Source: Ylistrum balloti
Taxonomy: Eukaryota
Length of the DNA stretch: 64,000 nt
NCBI RefSeq assembly: GCF_031769215.1
Contig: NW_026782015.1
Location: 434,001 to 498,000, forward strand
Direction of reading: 5' to 3'
The notes beneath the pieces are model-generated. The model saw nothing but the letters and a program-made list of their open reading frames with translations. It searched no databases and was not told the DNA's origin. Positions 61,501 to 64,000 of the stretch are shown here, in pieces (the stretch's first letter is position 1; every line of letters begins with the position of its first letter). The position numbers and the translations under genes are program-made.

Positions 61501-63738
61501 TGACCTAAACAGTCTGTCTAACTCTGACCTCAACAGTCTGTCTAACTCTGACCTCAACAGTGTAACTCTGACCTCAACAGTGTAACTCTGACCTCAACAG
61601 TGTAACTCTGACCTCAACAGTCTGTCTAACTCTGACCTCAACAGTCTGTCTAACACTGACCTCAACAGTCTGTCTAACTCTGACCTCAACAGTCTAACTC
61701 TGACCTCAACATTCTGTCTAACTCTGACCTCAACATTCTGTCTAACTCTGACCTCAACAGTCTGTCTAATTCTGACCTCAACAGTCTAACTCTGACCTCA
61801 ACAGTCTGTCTAACTCTGACCTCAACAGTCTAACTCTGACCTCAACAGTCTGTCTAACTCTGACCTCAACAGTCTGTCTAACAATGACCTCAACAGTCTG
61901 TCTAACTCTGACCACAACAGTCTGCTAACTCTGACCTCAACAGTTTGTCATTAAATCACACTAATTCTTTTTGAGCATTAAAGCACACTTAGTCCCTCTG
62001 ACCTTTAAAGCACACTTAGTTCCTCTGACCTTTAAAGCACACTAATTCCCTCTTACTATTAAAGCACAATAACTCCCTCTGACCTTTAAAGCACACTTAG
62101 TCCCTCTGATCATTAAAGCACACTAATTCCCTCTTACTATTAAAGCACACTAATTCTCACTGACCATTAAAGCACATTAATTCCCTCAGACCATTAAAGC
62201 ACACTAATTGTCTCTTACCATTAAAGCACAATAACTCCCTCTTACTTTAAAGCTCGCTTAATCCCTGTGATCTACTATGACACTTTTACTCTTCAGACCT
62301 ACAAAGTCCCACCGGTACAGACACAGTGAAGAGTGTGGAGGATTTCTGTCCTGATGACGGAGGACTAGACAACAGCTTCCTTGATGACACCAAGGAGGTT
62401 AAAGAGAACAGCAAGCCGACACGGAACCATGACAGCGACAGGTAATTTTACATATTTACTATTATAAAATAATTTGTACATAATAATATGTATGCAACAT
62501 TTTCCTCCCTCATTCTTTCTCCTTATCCTGTTATATAACATCTTTCTCCATTCTGTCTTTCTCCTAATCTGATGATATAGCATTTTTCTCCTTCTGTCTT
62601 TCTCCTTATCCTGTGATATAACATCTTTCTCCTTCTGTCTTTCTCCTTATCCTGTGATATAACATCTTTCTCCTTCTGTCTTTCTCCTAATCTGATGATA
62701 TAACATTTTCCTCCCCCATTCTTTCTCCTTATCCTGTGATATAACATCTTTCTTCCTCATTCTTGCTCCTTATTCTGTGATATAACATCTTTCTTCCTCA
62801 TTCTTTCTCCTTATCCTGTGATAAAACATCTTTCTTCCTCATTCTTGCTCCTTATTCTGTGATATAACATCTTTCTTCCTCATTCTTGCTCCTTATTCTG
62901 TGATATAACATCTTTCTTCCTCATTCTTTCTCCTTATCCAGTGATATAACATTTTCCTCCCTCATTCTTTCTCCTTATCCTGTGATAAAACATCTTTCTC
63001 CTTCTGTCTTTCTCCTTATCCAGTGATATAACATCTTTCTCCTTCTGTCTTTCTCCATATCCAGTGATATAACATCTTTCTCCTTCTGTCTTTCTCCTTA
63101 TCCTGTGATATAACATCTTTCTCCTTCTGTCTTTCTCCTAATCCAGTGATACAGCATTTTTCTTCCTCATTCTTTCTCCGTATCCAATGATGTAACATTT
63201 ATTCTTTCATTGTCTCTCCAGTGATGAAGATGCAGATAACCCAATGGTTGCTGGGTTTCAAGATGACCTCGATTCAGACGATGATTTTGGCACGGACAAC
63301 AATTCAAATCAATTTGTTGTGACCATGGAAGACATTGTAGTGACATCATCTGATGAGGAGGTGGTGCCACCTGTGGAGAAGAGTTCATTTGTTACCACGG
63401 TGATGAGTGTTTCCAGTGACTCTGACTTAGAAACAAATAAACAAACAATTGTATCATCTTCTCGAAAAATATCAAATGGGGGTAAAAGTGTTACTACAGA
63501 ATCGAAGACTTTACCTTCAGAAAAAATGAGAGTGACCTCTATTTCATCATCAGACAATGAAGTGACTGCTGGACAACCTGTTGTATTGACAAATCAGGAC
63601 ATTGATTCGGATGATGACAACGTGACAAATAATGTAATGGTGGCTGCGGATGAGGAAATCAGTGACACTGAACCTCCGGCCTCGGGTCTTCAGGTCCAGG
63701 CTGGCTTTGATAGCTGGTTAAATCAACTGGAGAGTAAG
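49564..63738 (+). CDS. RABL6: Rab-like protein 6 (RBEL1/C9orf86); 3' end lies beyond the window
   Basis: Phase-consistent exons 49564-49708, 50002-50108, 55024-55156, 56483-56571, 58616-58756, 58949-59054, 59265-59368, 59589-59719, 60740-60961, 62297-62441, 63222-63738. Signatures [77 protein letters not shown] and [10 protein letters not shown]. An acceptor at 49502 implies an upstream UTR exon. Confidence 0.96.
53500..54240. mobile_element. Helentron/HINE-like repeat fragment in RABL6 intron 2
   Basis: TTATACC..AAAAGGGTGGGTA start, (GTCC/GTCT) microsatellite and AAGGTCAAGGTCAC motifs, as in the related elements. Confidence 0.45.
55245..56395. repeat. 58-bp (2x29 higher-order) minisatellite
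   Basis: Alternating subunits GTAGTATTTGTAGAAAGTGTTTGTCCTCT and GTAGTGAAGTTAGAAGGTGTTTAACCGCT. Confidence 0.93.
58205..58422. repeat. 27-bp minisatellite with an internal palindrome
   Basis: Unit AGTCATACATGACTGCCTCTCTGGTCT, about 8 copies; AGTCAT-AC-ATGACT is self-complementary. Confidence 0.92.
59750..60300 (+). mobile_element. Degenerate copy of the same Helentron internal repeat family as 24.5-25.6 kb
   Basis: Shares TTGTTC..ATGAATGAC.TTG..CCACTTT.AAGGTCACA.GGGTCAAA and CCAAAAGGCTCAG motifs. Confidence 0.6.
60985..61945. repeat. 24-bp minisatellite in the RABL6 intron 60962-62296
   Basis: Unit AACAGTCTGTCTAACTCTGACCTC. Confidence 0.95.
61945..62275. repeat. ~26-bp minisatellite running up to a RABL6 acceptor
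   Basis: Unit TTAAAGCACACTAATTCCCTCTGACC with variants. Confidence 0.88.
62495..63200. repeat. 41-bp pyrimidine-rich minisatellite filling a RABL6 intron
   Basis: Unit TTTCTCCTTATCCTGTGATATAACATCTTTCTCCTTCTGTC. Confidence 0.93.
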
Positions 63739-64000
63739 GTAAAAAAAATCAGTCGTATTGTAGAGGGAAAAAAATGTCACCCTTATTACAGAGGGAAGAA
63801 GACATCCTTGTTATAGTGGGTAAAAGTCACTTTTAAAGTTTTTTAACCGATTTCTTTCAAACTTTGTAGGCTTAATCACACTGCATTAAGTTGTGTTTTC
63901 TGTAGTGGCAATGTGATTTTACAATTTTGGGAAGAGTTATTGTCCTTTTTTGTTTTCTTCAACATGTTTTTCTTGTCCAGATATTTCCTCCCTGAGTTTT

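Noticed and set aside
62523-63198. Basic MLYHRIRRK repeat ORFs on the minus strand
   Set aside because: Antisense translations of the 41-bp intronic array.
841-63739. U12-type (minor) introns
   Set aside because: None of the annotated donors matches GTATCCTT or ATATCCTT.
1-64000. Prokaryotic-style systems (CRISPR arrays, or exonuclease plus helicase as a defence operon)
   Set aside because: The genes are spliced animal genes. The arrays are head-to-tail repeats without unique spacers, and no cas genes are present.

Overview
Eukaryotic, AT-rich, intron-containing animal DNA. The repeat families (Helentron/HINE-like elements, Penelope and CR1 relics, tRNA-SINEs) suggest a bivalve mollusc, probably oyster-like (inference). 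I rebuilt these spliced genes by hand, checking GT-AG sites and exon phase: a TREX1/2-like DEDDh exonuclease (+, 627-2697), DDX31/Dbp7 DEAD-box helicase (-, 7825-~23361), a C19orf25/UPF0449 homolog (+, 24274-26803, head-to-head with DDX31), NFKBIL1 (-, 28668-32809), a secreted PAN/Apple+EGF-like protein (-, 40048-41327), an orphan gene (+, 45093-46069) and RABL6 (+, 49564 to beyond the window end). The region 33.5-44 kb holds transposon relics: a Gypsy-type integrase, a CACTG-ended DNA transposon enclosing a Penelope RT fragment, a Harbinger MITE and a CR1-like LINE. The most striking pattern is that many intronic minisatellites are tandemly amplified copies of the adjacent exon/intron junction. 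This is seen at six splice junctions plus one whole intron in three genes, and acceptor-derived units have often lost the AG. Four of the neighbouring genes have human orthologs in MHC-paralogon regions. All alignments were done by eye; no searches were run.
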